IMG/VR virus record: IMGVR_UViG_3300012954_000006
DNA from: an uncultured virus (IMG/VR IMGVR_UViG_3300012954_000006)
Taxonomy: Duplodnaviria > Heunggongvirae > Uroviricota > Caudoviricetes
Length of the DNA stretch: 64,000 bases
Strand: one strand, 5' to 3'
How positions within the stretch are numbered: the first letter of the stretch is position 1; each line of letters starts with the position of its first letter. The translations under genes were made by a program, and so were the position numbers. This document shows positions 10,711 to 20,179 of the stretch, piece by piece. Under the pieces are notes generated by a model. That model ran no database searches, was not told the origin of the DNA, and worked only from the letters and a program-made list of their open reading frames with translations.

Positions 10711-10781
10711 AAAAAGTCTCTTTTTGCGTAGCGTCAGTAGTAACTATAAATATAGTTGAAAACAACGCTTCGCAAATGAGA
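10711..10781. repeat. element family A, copy 2
   Basis: TTTTTGCGTAGCGTCAGTAGTAACTATAAATATAGTTGAAAACAACGCTTCGCAAA. Confidence 0.9.
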
Positions 10782-10796
10782 AACTCATTGTTTTGG

Positions 10797-11801
10797 CTAT
10801 TCTGATTGCATCATTTCTGACAGTATTAATAATTTACTTTTTGTTAGTCTTTGAAGGAACACCTTATCTCCTTCCTTATCAAGCCGCTTACTATAATTCA
10901 AGTAAAAATGATAGAGCTTTTCTTTTGTAGAATTAATTGCTGATGTTGTAGATGCCAAAATATCCGCTATACTCATAAACAACATATCAAACCTACTAAT
11001 AGCTATACTAAGCATATCAACATGAAAACTGTCTCGTGCCAACAAGCAGGTGTCTTTTTCCGCCCATACTTCATAATAGACAAGAAACCCTTTTTCATTG
11101 GTTAGTAAACCGCTAGGCTCTTGTCCTTTCAGATGATGCTCGTACCATAAGTAAAATACAACATCCTCCTCGTAATCCATATTAATAACCCTAACACATT
11201 CCGAACCGCAATACTTATAGTTGTTCCATGTTTGACGTTTGACATTGCGATAACGTAAAGCTCCCAAATTCTCCAGACGTTGTCCTATGTCATCTAAGTA
11301 ATAATTCACTCTTGAATCTTGTGTTTGATAGATGACCTCTCTAAGAGATTGATAGTAATACTGCTCAAATGCGTTCCAGTCGCTATCTTCGTTGACGTTG
11401 AAAGTGTATGTAGTAGGTCTGCGAGAGATAATAGGTCTATTGTAAAGGTCTGTCCAAAAAAACGTAAATTCAATAAATCTACCTGCCACATTTACATTGT
11501 AGAACTTAGGAAGTATGTTGTCTCCAATAGCAGCGTTTATCATAGGCAATAACCGTTTTCTATCGACACACAAATCTGTCACATCTTTAGCAAAGGTATC
11601 GTAATTATACGGCAGTTTTGCTAAGTCTTTCAATAAATTTGTGTCTTTATTTGCATCTAATGCTACTAGCATTGTATTTAGCGATTCTATTGCTGTGCCA
11701 CCTACTGTAAAGTTCGCAATATCATACTGCCATTCAAAACGTCCAAAATTATCTAACTTGACACTAATGTTAGTAATATCTATATCTTGATTTAATTTCA
11801 T
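10797..11801 (-). CDS. hypothetical protein
   Basis: 334 aa; C-terminal LYHFYLNYSK module shared with ORF 4990..5508. Confidence 0.7.
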   Translation of the reverse strand: MKLNQDIDITNISVKLDNFGRFEWQYDIANFTVGGTAIESLNTMLVALDANKDTNLLKDLAKLPYNYDTFAKDVTDLCVDRKRLLPMINAAIGDNILPKFYNVNVAGRFIEFTFFWTDLYNRPIISRRPTTYTFNVNEDSDWNAFEQYYYQSLREVIYQTQDSRVNYYLDDIGQRLENLGALRYRNVKRQTWNNYKYCGSECVRVINMDYEEDVVFYLWYEHHLKGQEPSGLLTNEKGFLVYYEVWAEKDTCLLARDSFHVDMLSIAISRFDMLFMSIADILASTTSAINSTKEKLYHFYLNYSKRLDKEGDKVFLQRLTKSKLLILSEMMQSE

Positions 11802-11805
11802 TACT

Positions 11806-12468
11806 TTATTTTTTTATTAATTGAGTGATTTCAAAAACCTTGTCTAACCATCCTTCCATAATGATAGCTGGCGAATGAGTTGTGCAAATGAGTTGTGCAT
11901 TGGGATTGATTTTCATAATAGCACTAATGACTTTCCGCTCCCACTCAACATGCAAAAACAAGCCTATGTCATCTATTAAGAAAATGTAAGATTCATTGTT
12001 TTGTAGGTAAGCAGACATCAAAATCATTAATAGCCTCTTTTCGCCTGCCGATAAGGTATCTAATGGAATAACTACGCCACTACTGTCCAATAGCGTAAAA
12101 CCTTGCTCATTTAAAACTGCTGATTTTCGTGTCCACCTAAACAATTCATTAATAAGTCTTAAAAAATCGACTTCTTGAATTGTCTGTATTTCTCGTTGAG
12201 TAAAACACATCAAAACATCATTAAATTCAGTTTGGCTGTCAATAAAGCAAACATTTCTAACATGATTGCCTTTTGAATAATAGGTAATCTCTACATTATC
12301 ATTCACTTGCTTAACATTATGATATATAGCATTTAACAATGTGGTCTTTCCTGCACCATTAAAACCTCCCAATATATTAATATTACTGTGTAGTTGCCAT
12401 TCTATGGAGTGTCTATGTAAGAAATCTGTAATTATCACTTTCTTGATGGTCGCATTTAACCTGTTCAT
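11806..12468 (-). CDS. ABC-type AAA_21 ATPase (AriA/PARIS-like), orphan
   Basis: Walker A GFNGAGKT, signature LSAGEK, Walker B FLIDD, LHVEWE, H-loop TTHSP. Confidence 0.8.
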   Translation of the reverse strand: MNRLNATIKKVIITDFLHRHSIEWQLHSNINILGGFNGAGKTTLLNAIYHNVKQVNDNVEITYYSKGNHVRNVCFIDSQTEFNDVLMCFTQREIQTIQEVDFLRLINELFRWTRKSAVLNEQGFTLLDSSGVVIPLDTLSAGEKRLLMILMSAYLQNNESYIFLIDDIGLFLHVEWERKVISAIMKINPNAQLICTTHSPAIIMEGWLDKVFEITQLIKK

Positions 12469-12740
12469 TTGAGGGGGGGGGTATTTTTAAAGTTTAAAAA
12501 ATAAGATAGCGTTGTCATGTGTGGGATTTTAGGCGTTAATTGTTGCAGTAACGCATCTTTGTTAATTTTCAATTCTATCCTAAAGCCATCGCCTACATCT
12601 TTTACCAATATCACATTGTTTTCTGTATCATGCCAAGCAATATTGAATTTAAAGGTAGGTACAGTATGATTACAATAAAAGGCACTAACAGTTATTGTAC
12701 CTAATATATCTTTAATTTGCTTTTTATCAAATATTACCAT
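12465..12740 (-). CDS. hypothetical protein
   Basis: 91 aa, overlaps next start. Confidence 0.6.
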   Translation of the reverse strand: MVIFDKKQIKDILGTITVSAFYCNHTVPTFKFNIAWHDTENNVILVKDVGDGFRIELKINKDALLQQLTPKIPHMTTLSYFLNFKNTPPLK

Positions 12741-13055
12741 CTATTTAAATTTTTCTTTGTAGGCTTTGATTTGGCGATAATATTTTGTGTTGGTGTTGTC
12801 TGACGCATTAAAAATCAGTTCCCGAGCATATATTTCTTTTTGTCTATCACTCCAAACTCCAACACTATCAATTAACGTTTTTCTGACTGTGCTATCCGAT
12901 GTATATGTACTTACTGCATCAAACAACGCCTCATGTTTGCCACAATCTAATATGTCAAAATATAGGTTTGCCAAGCTTTGTGCTTGTACTGACACTTGAC
13001 CCATTAAAGCCATTACAAAAGCAATGAGTGTGATTATTCTTTTTGTCGATTTCAT
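12741..13055 (-). CDS. putative secreted protein
   Basis: MKSTKRIITLIAFVMALMGQVSVQA-Q signal-peptide-like N-terminus. Confidence 0.6.
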   Translation of the reverse strand: MKSTKRIITLIAFVMALMGQVSVQAQSLANLYFDILDCGKHEALFDAVSTYTSDSTVRKTLIDSVGVWSDRQKEIYARELIFNASDNTNTKYYRQIKAYKEKFK

Positions 13056-13056
13056 T

Positions 13057-13545
13057 TTAAAAGTTACTTTTTATTTGATTAATTAATACTTGTATTGTTT
13101 TTTCGCTTACCCAATGCGTAGGTCTGATGGACACAACACTATCTGTTTTCTCAGTATTTGTTTTAATGTGACCAAATAGCCATACATAGTTATCCTTACC
13201 TACTGGCTGCTTATATTTCAAGAAATACTCGGTATTACGATATTGAAACACTATCCACTTTAGTGACTTGTAGGTGCTTAAATATTGTGTTTTTGGCGAA
13301 GTGCCTATAAAACCTATCTCTATTGGATATTCCTTTTTAATAGTAATATCAACATCTATACCATTATCTTGAAAGTCAATGCCGTAATTATCAAACGTCT
13401 GTTCCAAATCTAACTGACAAAAACAACCATCAAAGTGTAACGTTCTATAGTCATCACTAATGACAGGTTCTACATAAGGTAAGCTTTCCAATAATTCATT
13501 TACCGTTTCAATTCTTTTGCCTTCCAATAGTATTGTCTTACACAT
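13057..13545 (-). CDS. hypothetical protein, paralog triplet member
   Basis: ELLESLPY / QLDLEQTF / SEKTIQVL motifs shared with neighbours. Confidence 0.65.
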   Translation of the reverse strand: MCKTILLEGKRIETVNELLESLPYVEPVISDDYRTLHFDGCFCQLDLEQTFDNYGIDFQDNGIDVDITIKKEYPIEIGFIGTSPKTQYLSTYKSLKWIVFQYRNTEYFLKYKQPVGKDNYVWLFGHIKTNTEKTDSVVSIRPTHWVSEKTIQVLINQIKSNF

Positions 13546-14050
13546 TATCCATTGTATTTTTAATATGATTAGTAATAATTGTAACCAAAGTTTTGATGCC
13601 TTGATAAGTTAATTCATAGCAGGTGTTGAGTTGCATGTCCTTTTCAAAATGACACAATCCTACATTATTTAATGCAGTTATTTTAAAATGTTCCACTACA
13701 AAACGACAATCCCCTTCTGTCAAGGAAAAATTAAAGAAATACAGTATATTAGCATAGGTTACTTGAAAAATGGTACACTCCTTTGCACTATTTTTATTAT
13801 GCCCAAGGAGTGTTTTTGCCACCGACACAATATCGTCACTATGGGTCGTTAAATAGGCTGTATCATTTTCAAAAAAACATTGCATACCAAATGCTTTGGC
13901 AAGGGTAGTAATGTCAAGTTGAGCCACATTTCCATAAATATCTATATCAGGGTAATATTGGTGGATGTACAGGTGTAAATAAGGTAATTCCTGCAACACC
14001 TTTTTAACTGTAAAACATTTAATATTACCATCTATAACAATCTTATTCAT
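13538..14050 (-). CDS. hypothetical protein, paralog triplet member
   Basis: VLQELPYLH / QLDITTLA / LTYQGIKTL. Confidence 0.65.
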   Translation of the reverse strand: MNKIVIDGNIKCFTVKKVLQELPYLHLYIHQYYPDIDIYGNVAQLDITTLAKAFGMQCFFENDTAYLTTHSDDIVSVAKTLLGHNKNSAKECTIFQVTYANILYFFNFSLTEGDCRFVVEHFKITALNNVGLCHFEKDMQLNTCYELTYQGIKTLVTIITNHIKNTMDNV

Positions 14051-14059
14051 AGTGTCTCA

Positions 14060-14596
14060 TTAAATATTCATGTCACTAGGACAAACGAGTTTAGCGATAG
14101 CCACACCTGCTAGTGACTTAATTCCTTTTTCCGTGAGCATAAACCTACGCCAAGCTTCTTTCGCTTTCCCTTGCTCAATTTTCTTAAACTCGGGGCCTTT
14201 ATTACTTCTCCTTGATGTCCAATTCAACTCATAAAAACCAGCAGCACGAGGCGTGACGTATATCAATTCAAACACATTATTTAGATAGTAAAAAACAATA
14301 TGCTTATGCCCTGCTATTTTTGGATTATACTCCTCTGGAATAGTATCTTCTATCACATATACAGGAAACCGACCGTCTTGTGGAGGCGTGATAGAGACAA
14401 TGTTTCGTGAATGGTCAATATCATATTCAACATCAAACATTGAAAATGTTTTAGTTGTATCTAGTGACTCTATATCATTGCTAACAGGTTTACCTAGATA
14501 TTTACTTACCACATGGAGATATGGTAAAGCTTGTTGCAACTCATAAGTGGTTGTGAGTGCTACTCGTATGTCATTTATTTTTAATGAAACTTCCAT
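14060..14596 (-). CDS. hypothetical protein, paralog triplet member
   Basis: ELQQALPYLH / SLDTTKTF / LTEKGIKSL. Confidence 0.65.
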   Translation of the reverse strand: MEVSLKINDIRVALTTTYELQQALPYLHVVSKYLGKPVSNDIESLDTTKTFSMFDVEYDIDHSRNIVSITPPQDGRFPVYVIEDTIPEEYNPKIAGHKHIVFYYLNNVFELIYVTPRAAGFYELNWTSRRSNKGPEFKKIEQGKAKEAWRRFMLTEKGIKSLAGVAIAKLVCPSDMNI

Positions 14597-14600
14597 CTTG

Positions 14601-15716
14601 TTATTTTATTGTGTTATTTTTAAATGGTTCGTATATTAAAGTGTCATTGCCGAAAACAAATTTGATTTTCTCAATTAAATTATGGTCATAGGAACAAAGT
14701 ATTACCTGCTGCAAGGGTTTATTCTTTTTCGACAAAGAAGTGCTTAGTTGTTTTAGCAAAAAAATCATATTATCAGCCAGCAAACTATTGGTGCTAGGGA
14801 ATATGTTGTCAATAAAGCACATAGGCGTTGCTTTAGTATATCCTAATGACAGTAGCCATAACCTTGCTTGCTGATGGTACGGTAAGTCGCTTATAGTAAA
14901 GTAACCAACATGAGTGCTGATATCAAAATAAGATTGATTGTTCACTTTAACGATGCTGCTACTCACCTTGCTAATATGCTCATTTAAATATGCTAAAGGT
15001 TTATTTGCAGCCTCTCTCGATAAGTGCAACTTGATTTCTTTATCAAAAAATGCAGGCATCCAACACCAACTACCTATATTTTCGGACACTTTTCCGATGA
15101 CTGGATTACCTCCAATAGCACTATATAGGCAGCTTCCTATAGTGTGACTATGGATATTCTTACTGATGTGCCGTGCATTCTTTCGTCCCCCAAGTGTTTC
15201 AAAAATATTTACAACTCCCTGTCTGACTTCATGGTTAATATAATGATACTTTGAAACATATCGATTCTTATAGTCAGGAAGGTAATATGCTAATTGTTGA
15301 GCAGGTATATTTTGTCTGCTCCAATCATCCTCCTCAAACAAAATGTTTGTCAGTTTTTCTTTTGTAACCTTAAAGGTATGTATGTCATAAATACTATCAT
15401 AATAAGGTTCTATAACAACTTCCCACCTAAATCTTTTTTTCTTAGAAGACTTGATAGTGCCAAATGAATAATCATTACTCAACAATAATTCTATTGCCAA
15501 TGTAATAGCGTTGCCTGCAATTAATGAAGATTCCAACAATCTACTCTGCTCAAAGCATCTTACTTTTTTTTTCGACAAAAAATACAGTAACTGCAAAGCA
15601 TCTTTTAAGTCTGATGAAAAAACACCCTCTGCATCTTTAATGACGGTCAATGGTTTTAAGGATAACTCAAAACTTTTGAATTGTCGAAACCCATCTATAT
15701 ATATCTTAGTAATCAT
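14601..15716 (-). CDS. degenerate AAA_21/ABC-ATPase-like protein lacking Walker motifs
   Basis: MITKIYIDGFRQFKSFELSLKPLTVI...DALQLL is the typical N-terminus but the P-loop reads KDAEGVFSSD; Walker B and H-loop positions read CFIDNIFP and QVILCSYD. Confidence 0.6.
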   Translation of the reverse strand: MITKIYIDGFRQFKSFELSLKPLTVIKDAEGVFSSDLKDALQLLYFLSKKKVRCFEQSRLLESSLIAGNAITLAIELLLSNDYSFGTIKSSKKKRFRWEVVIEPYYDSIYDIHTFKVTKEKLTNILFEEDDWSRQNIPAQQLAYYLPDYKNRYVSKYHYINHEVRQGVVNIFETLGGRKNARHISKNIHSHTIGSCLYSAIGGNPVIGKVSENIGSWCWMPAFFDKEIKLHLSREAANKPLAYLNEHISKVSSSIVKVNNQSYFDISTHVGYFTISDLPYHQQARLWLLSLGYTKATPMCFIDNIFPSTNSLLADNMIFLLKQLSTSLSKKNKPLQQVILCSYDHNLIEKIKFVFGNDTLIYEPFKNNTIK

Positions 15717-16596
15717 TAGTGATATTTTATTATTAATTCAATATAGGCTGCACATACATGATGTTGGCTATCATTTCATTTGCTAGTCTCAATGTTTGCC
15801 TGTTTTGCCTTTGGTGGTTTTCGATGCTGTGATAGATAATGCGGTTACTAGCAAAGCAATATCTTGTTTGTATAACGCCATCAAGGGTAAGGTTAAAATG
15901 AGTAAATTCACTTCCCGCACTAAAGAGGTTCAAAAAGGTGGTGCGATGGCGATAGCTGTATTTACAAAACCCTAGGTGTAAAAAGGTGCTATATATCAGT
16001 TGAGCCTGTAATATGGCTCTTTCGTTGGCTAAACTCATTGTTTTTTATTTACAATATATTGCTCGATAAATATAGTATGACCTTCTAACGTAGTGCCTTG
16101 TATATAGGTAATACCTTCCTCTTTTCGCAAACTGACAGTATCTTTTATAGGTATTTGTTTTGTGATAAGCGTAAGGCTATCTACCTGTGCTGTTAAAGAA
16201 TCTTGTATTTCCCTTGAGTGATGCATATATAAAGCTAATACGCCTAATGCCCAGAAAAATAGAACCAATACTATTGCTATGTCAAATCTCATAGTGGTAT
16301 TTATTTAATATTTTATTAATGTCGCTTTCTAAATCCAATATCTGTTTTTTGGCTTTTACAGTACATCCCCATAAATCTGGAAACCATTTGTCATTTCGCA
16401 ATTCAAGTGCCACCGCACTTATTACATGACTAAGTGATTTACTAAAAATACCAAAATCATCTGCTTTTATAGCTTCCCAGTCAGACTTGCTAATTCCACC
16501 ATTTTTTTGCAATAAAGTCTCTTCATCAACAGTCACTACTCCAGTATCTTTGTCGGTATGTAAATACTTTGGAAGCAAAAACGCCTTTATCTTGCA

Positions 16597-17139
16597 TTAG
16601 GATGATACCTTAAACTGCAAGCTTTGTTTATCGTATGTGATGCTATTATAAATACAAGGAATATTCAACACTTTCTCCACAATATCATATACTCCAAACT
16701 TCCCATCTTTTACTACAATCATAAAACTATCTGCTATAATTTTATCCATGACCCAATCATACTCCTTCAATAATTCGTATGACTTACTGGCGGTAGATAT
16801 ATACTTTTGAAATTGCACCATTTGATTTACCCAATTGCTTTTCGGAATATCTACAACTTCTAAATCTCCATCATCGCCATGTCGATACACTTCAAACTTT
16901 TCAATATAAGTACCATAAGGCTTTATTTCAAATAAGTCAAAAAAGGCACATTGAAAATCTTCATTAGCAAAAAAAGCATGGCGAAAATCAAAAAACACCT
17001 TCCCGTTACCCATTGTACTTCCTAATAGACACATATATAGTGAAAGTAGATGATGAGTATTTTTTGACACAAAGATATGTGTGTCTTTCACAATAGGCAT
17101 GTTCTGCCCCCAACGACATTGTAGTCCTTTTTTAACCAC
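16597..17139 (-). CDS. hypothetical protein with one C-terminal WG-like repeat
   Basis: KDGKFGVYD...IPCIYNSI. Confidence 0.6.
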   Translation of the reverse strand: MVKKGLQCRWGQNMPIVKDTHIFVSKNTHHLLSLYMCLLGSTMGNGKVFFDFRHAFFANEDFQCAFFDLFEIKPYGTYIEKFEVYRHGDDGDLEVVDIPKSNWVNQMVQFQKYISTASKSYELLKEYDWVMDKIIADSFMIVVKDGKFGVYDIVEKVLNIPCIYNSITYDKQSLQFKVSS

Positions 17140-17648
17140 ACTTTTGTATAAAACTTTTTTCGATAATCTACTTCTATACCTAATATGTTAGATATTTCAT
17201 TAAACTTTGTCCTAGTTTCAATTTTATCTTTGCTGGCGTATTGTAAAATCTCATTGATAACCGCTTCTGTAACACGTCCATGAGCAACCAAAACTTTTTG
17301 GTATTTTTCGCCATCAATATTTACTTTGTATTTTACACGCTCAAATTCGGCATCAATAGGGCTAACGATTTCATCAACAGGATTCAAACAATAAACTAAA
17401 TCATCACACCATAAATTTATATCATATCTTTCATTTACAGACGCTCTGTCAATCATTATATTAGATAGATAGTAATTCACAACCATTCTTTTATTTGTCA
17501 TAACCCTCTTACTATTATCATGGCTTCCAAATCTACTTTTATAGCACACTTGCCATTTTGTCTTTTTGGTCACATCAATAATATTACCATCTTGGGCGAT
17601 TTTCAAGTCGTTAAAAACTGAATTGACTTGTTCTTTTGTTAATCTCAT
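17088..17648 (-). CDS. hypothetical protein
   Basis: 186-aa ORF. Confidence 0.6.
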   Translation of the reverse strand: MRLTKEQVNSVFNDLKIAQDGNIIDVTKKTKWQVCYKSRFGSHDNSKRVMTNKRMVVNYYLSNIMIDRASVNERYDINLWCDDLVYCLNPVDEIVSPIDAEFERVKYKVNIDGEKYQKVLVAHGRVTEAVINEILQYASKDKIETRTKFNEISNILGIEVDYRKKFYTKVWLKKDYNVVGGRTCLL

Positions 17649-17651
17649 TTT

Positions 17652-18500
17652 TCAAATAATTTTATTAAGGTCATTGATTGATGCTAAAATATCCTCAACC
17701 TCACGTTGAACTGATAAAAATTTGTTTATGTCTCCTGAATGTAATGTGTACAAACGCATTAAGAAATCTATATCTTCTAAGTCGAAAGATGTTAATGGAA
17801 TTATTTTTTCAAATTTTTCCTTTGTCCATTCAAAACGGTTACATATCATAAGCTCCCAGTCTAACGATGAAAAACCACTAGCTTCCAAAAACGCACTTTT
17901 ATCTATGTTGATTGTATCTTTTTCCTCATCAAATAATTTTCTATCCATTTTAAGATAAGAGGAGTGTAAGATGTCTTCAAGATGCCTAATGAATAAAAAG
18001 GCTATTTGTTCTTGCACAAAAAGCGACTCTAGCAATTTAATAAGCCTACGCATTTTTTTAGGTTGCTTACATAGCCTTACAATCTGAATAATATCTAAAC
18101 GATAACCAGTTAACTCTCCCCAAATTACCAATAATACATACCAAGTAAATGACATCAAAAATTCAACATCAAAATGACACTCCTTTGTAAAATAAAAAAT
18201 CAATTCAATTGATTTGTTTTTTCTATCTAACTCAAAGAAATAAAGAAACGGAACGCTGGCATCAACTGAATCGTCAAAAAGCCTAAATGAAATATTTATA
18301 TTAGATACATAATCGCTGTAAACACATAGAAAATGATATGTTTCCGTAGGAATACTATTTTTCCTGTAACCATCTACTAGCGATAATGCAATAGCTGATG
18401 GAAGACGAAAGAATTTACCATTTAAACGATAGCTCTTGAACAACTTAGATTTTACCAAATTAGTAAAATAGCTTTTTTGATTTCTGTGTAATCTTAACAT
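17652..18500 (-). CDS. hypothetical protein (start revised to ATG 18500)
   Basis: ORF-track extension overlaps promoter box at 18523-18530. Confidence 0.65.
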   Translation of the reverse strand: MLRLHRNQKSYFTNLVKSKLFKSYRLNGKFFRLPSAIALSLVDGYRKNSIPTETYHFLCVYSDYVSNINISFRLFDDSVDASVPFLYFFELDRKNKSIELIFYFTKECHFDVEFLMSFTWYVLLVIWGELTGYRLDIIQIVRLCKQPKKMRRLIKLLESLFVQEQIAFLFIRHLEDILHSSYLKMDRKLFDEEKDTINIDKSAFLEASGFSSLDWELMICNRFEWTKEKFEKIIPLTSFDLEDIDFLMRLYTLHSGDINKFLSVQREVEDILASINDLNKII

Positions 18501-18522
18501 AGTATTTCTTTTTTTGTATATA

Positions 18523-18553
18523 CAAATATACAATTTTTTCTGATTTTTTCATA
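18523..18553 (-). promoter_or_regulatory. Bacteroidota-type promoter with phage upstream motif
   Basis: TATGAAAAAATCAGAAAAAATTG-TATATTTG. Confidence 0.75.
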
Positions 18554-18674
18554 ATTTTTGACTTAAAATATTTTAAATCATTATGGCAGCTTTTGATTAA
18601 ATTTATTAATATAAAAATACACTTCTTATATTCAGTAAACCCTAATATCAATAAATGACATTGTAAAATTATAA

Positions 18675-19019
18675 CTAACAAACAGGCCAGAGCGGACAAA
18701 GAGGGCAAATATTTATTCGGGTTTTGCTTGCCTTGCTTACCTTTACCTTTTGATTAAATTTATTAATATAAAAACATACTCCATTAGACTCGACAAAAGC
18801 CTTATTATCAATAAATGACATTGCAAAATCATATTGACACGGTATTGCTAAATACCCATCACTATCAACAAAACCATACTGGCCTCCTTTAATGACTAAC
18901 TTCCTTTCATCTGAAAGCCGTCCAACATAGTCGTATTCTTCTAGCAAAATCTTACTAAGTCTCGCTTTGTACTGCATACTTTTTATTTGTAAGAAAAGGG
19001 GATTAGATAATGGTGCCAT
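18675..19019 (-). CDS. WG-repeat protein
   Basis: GGQYGFVDSDGYLAIPCQYDFAMSF..AFV..NG..FYINK. Confidence 0.75.
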   Translation of the reverse strand: MAPLSNPLFLQIKSMQYKARLSKILLEEYDYVGRLSDERKLVIKGGQYGFVDSDGYLAIPCQYDFAMSFIDNKAFVESNGVCFYINKFNQKVKVSKASKTRINICPLCPLWPVC

Positions 19020-19033
19020 GTTTTGTGATTTAT

Positions 19034-19426
19034 TTAACTATCTGCCTTAATACTTTTTACATAAACTTCATTCATCTGTCTTTGCTTAGGCATCAAAGAT
19101 TTTACATTGTCTGCTGTTACCCAAAAGTCATTTTTTACAAATAACTTAGTGCCACAATCCAATAATTTTACTGCTATCATTTCTACTTGAGTAGGAGGAT
19201 TATATCGCTTATGATATGTTTCGGTAAATGGTTTTCCTACAATTTCTACAATACTGACAGGAACAAAACCATGCTTATCAATAATGCTTTGAAACTCTGG
19301 TCTTAACCATTGTAATCTTAACACATCTTTGCTGCCAAAAGGATAAGCACGTTTTTTGCTTTCTGCATAATAGGCGTGGTCATTTGTACTGACAATGCCA
19401 TACATTCTTTTTTTACCTGTATTCAT
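19034..19426 (-). CDS. hypothetical protein
   Basis: 130-aa ORF. Confidence 0.6.
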   Translation of the reverse strand: MNTGKKRMYGIVSTNDHAYYAESKKRAYPFGSKDVLRLQWLRPEFQSIIDKHGFVPVSIVEIVGKPFTETYHKRYNPPTQVEMIAVKLLDCGTKLFVKNDFWVTADNVKSLMPKQRQMNEVYVKSIKADS

Positions 19427-19443
19427 GGTTTTGTTAATTTAAG

Positions 19444-20061
19444 TTATGATTTTGCTGTTTGGCATCTGACACTCGCAAGATATAAGCCAAACTCACGAAC
19501 ACTTTTATGTAATAGCGTGGTGTTGAGATTGTCGTCATAGAGCCAAACTTCTTTAAATGTTGGGCAGATGACAAAAGTGTAATTTTCGTAATGATACTTA
19601 CTTTCGCCAAACTCGTTAATACATTCCTCGCAATTCATATACATATAGCAGACGAGCCAAACCCAACTTTCTTCTAATTCCTTTTTGTTAATGCGTCTTT
19701 TATAGCCTATTGAAAGCAAGTGTTCATTTGCCCAATTATCTGCCTCCACTTCTATTTTTGTGCGACAAACAAGGTTTTGTCGATACTCTTGGAAATCGAC
19801 TCTGCCATAATGTAGTACCACATGAGCCAACTCATGCAAAGCAATAAAGGCATTTTTCTTGCTATTCATAGATGGAATAAAGATGTCTTTACCCTCTGAA
19901 AAGCCTTGCAAATTTTCTGCTCTATTGGTTATCTTTGATATGGGGTATATGCCTACATCGTATTTAGCACACAAAGCGACAAATTGAGTATTTAATACAC
20001 CTCCTCCAAAATGTTGGAACAATTCCGCTGTTTGCAAGGTACTAAACTCTCTCATTTTCAT
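19444..20061 (-). CDS. ImmA/IrrE-like HEXXH metallopeptidase
   Basis: FIALHELAHVVLH and downstream EVEADNWA. Confidence 0.7.
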   Translation of the reverse strand: MKMREFSTLQTAELFQHFGGGVLNTQFVALCAKYDVGIYPISKITNRAENLQGFSEGKDIFIPSMNSKKNAFIALHELAHVVLHYGRVDFQEYRQNLVCRTKIEVEADNWANEHLLSIGYKRRINKKELEESWVWLVCYMYMNCEECINEFGESKYHYENYTFVICPTFKEVWLYDDNLNTTLLHKSVREFGLYLASVRCQTAKS

Positions 20062-20097
20062 TTTATTCTATTGATATATTTTTTAAAAGTGCTTGCT

Positions 20098-20128
20098 CAA
20101 AGATAATGCTTTTTTTGATTTTTTCATA
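20098..20128 (-). promoter_or_regulatory. Bacteroidota-type promoter with phage upstream motif
   Basis: TATGAAAAAATCAAAAAAAGCAT-TATCTTTG. Confidence 0.8.
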
Positions 20129-20138
20129 TTTTTTGTGC

Positions 20139-20172
20139 AAAAAAAAGACTAACAATTACAGTTAGTCTTTTT
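20139..20172 (-). terminator. intrinsic terminator
   Basis: AAAGACTAAC-loop-GTTAGTCTTT followed by T-tract on minus strand, after stop 20180. Confidence 0.75.
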
Positions 20173-20179
20173 AATTCTT

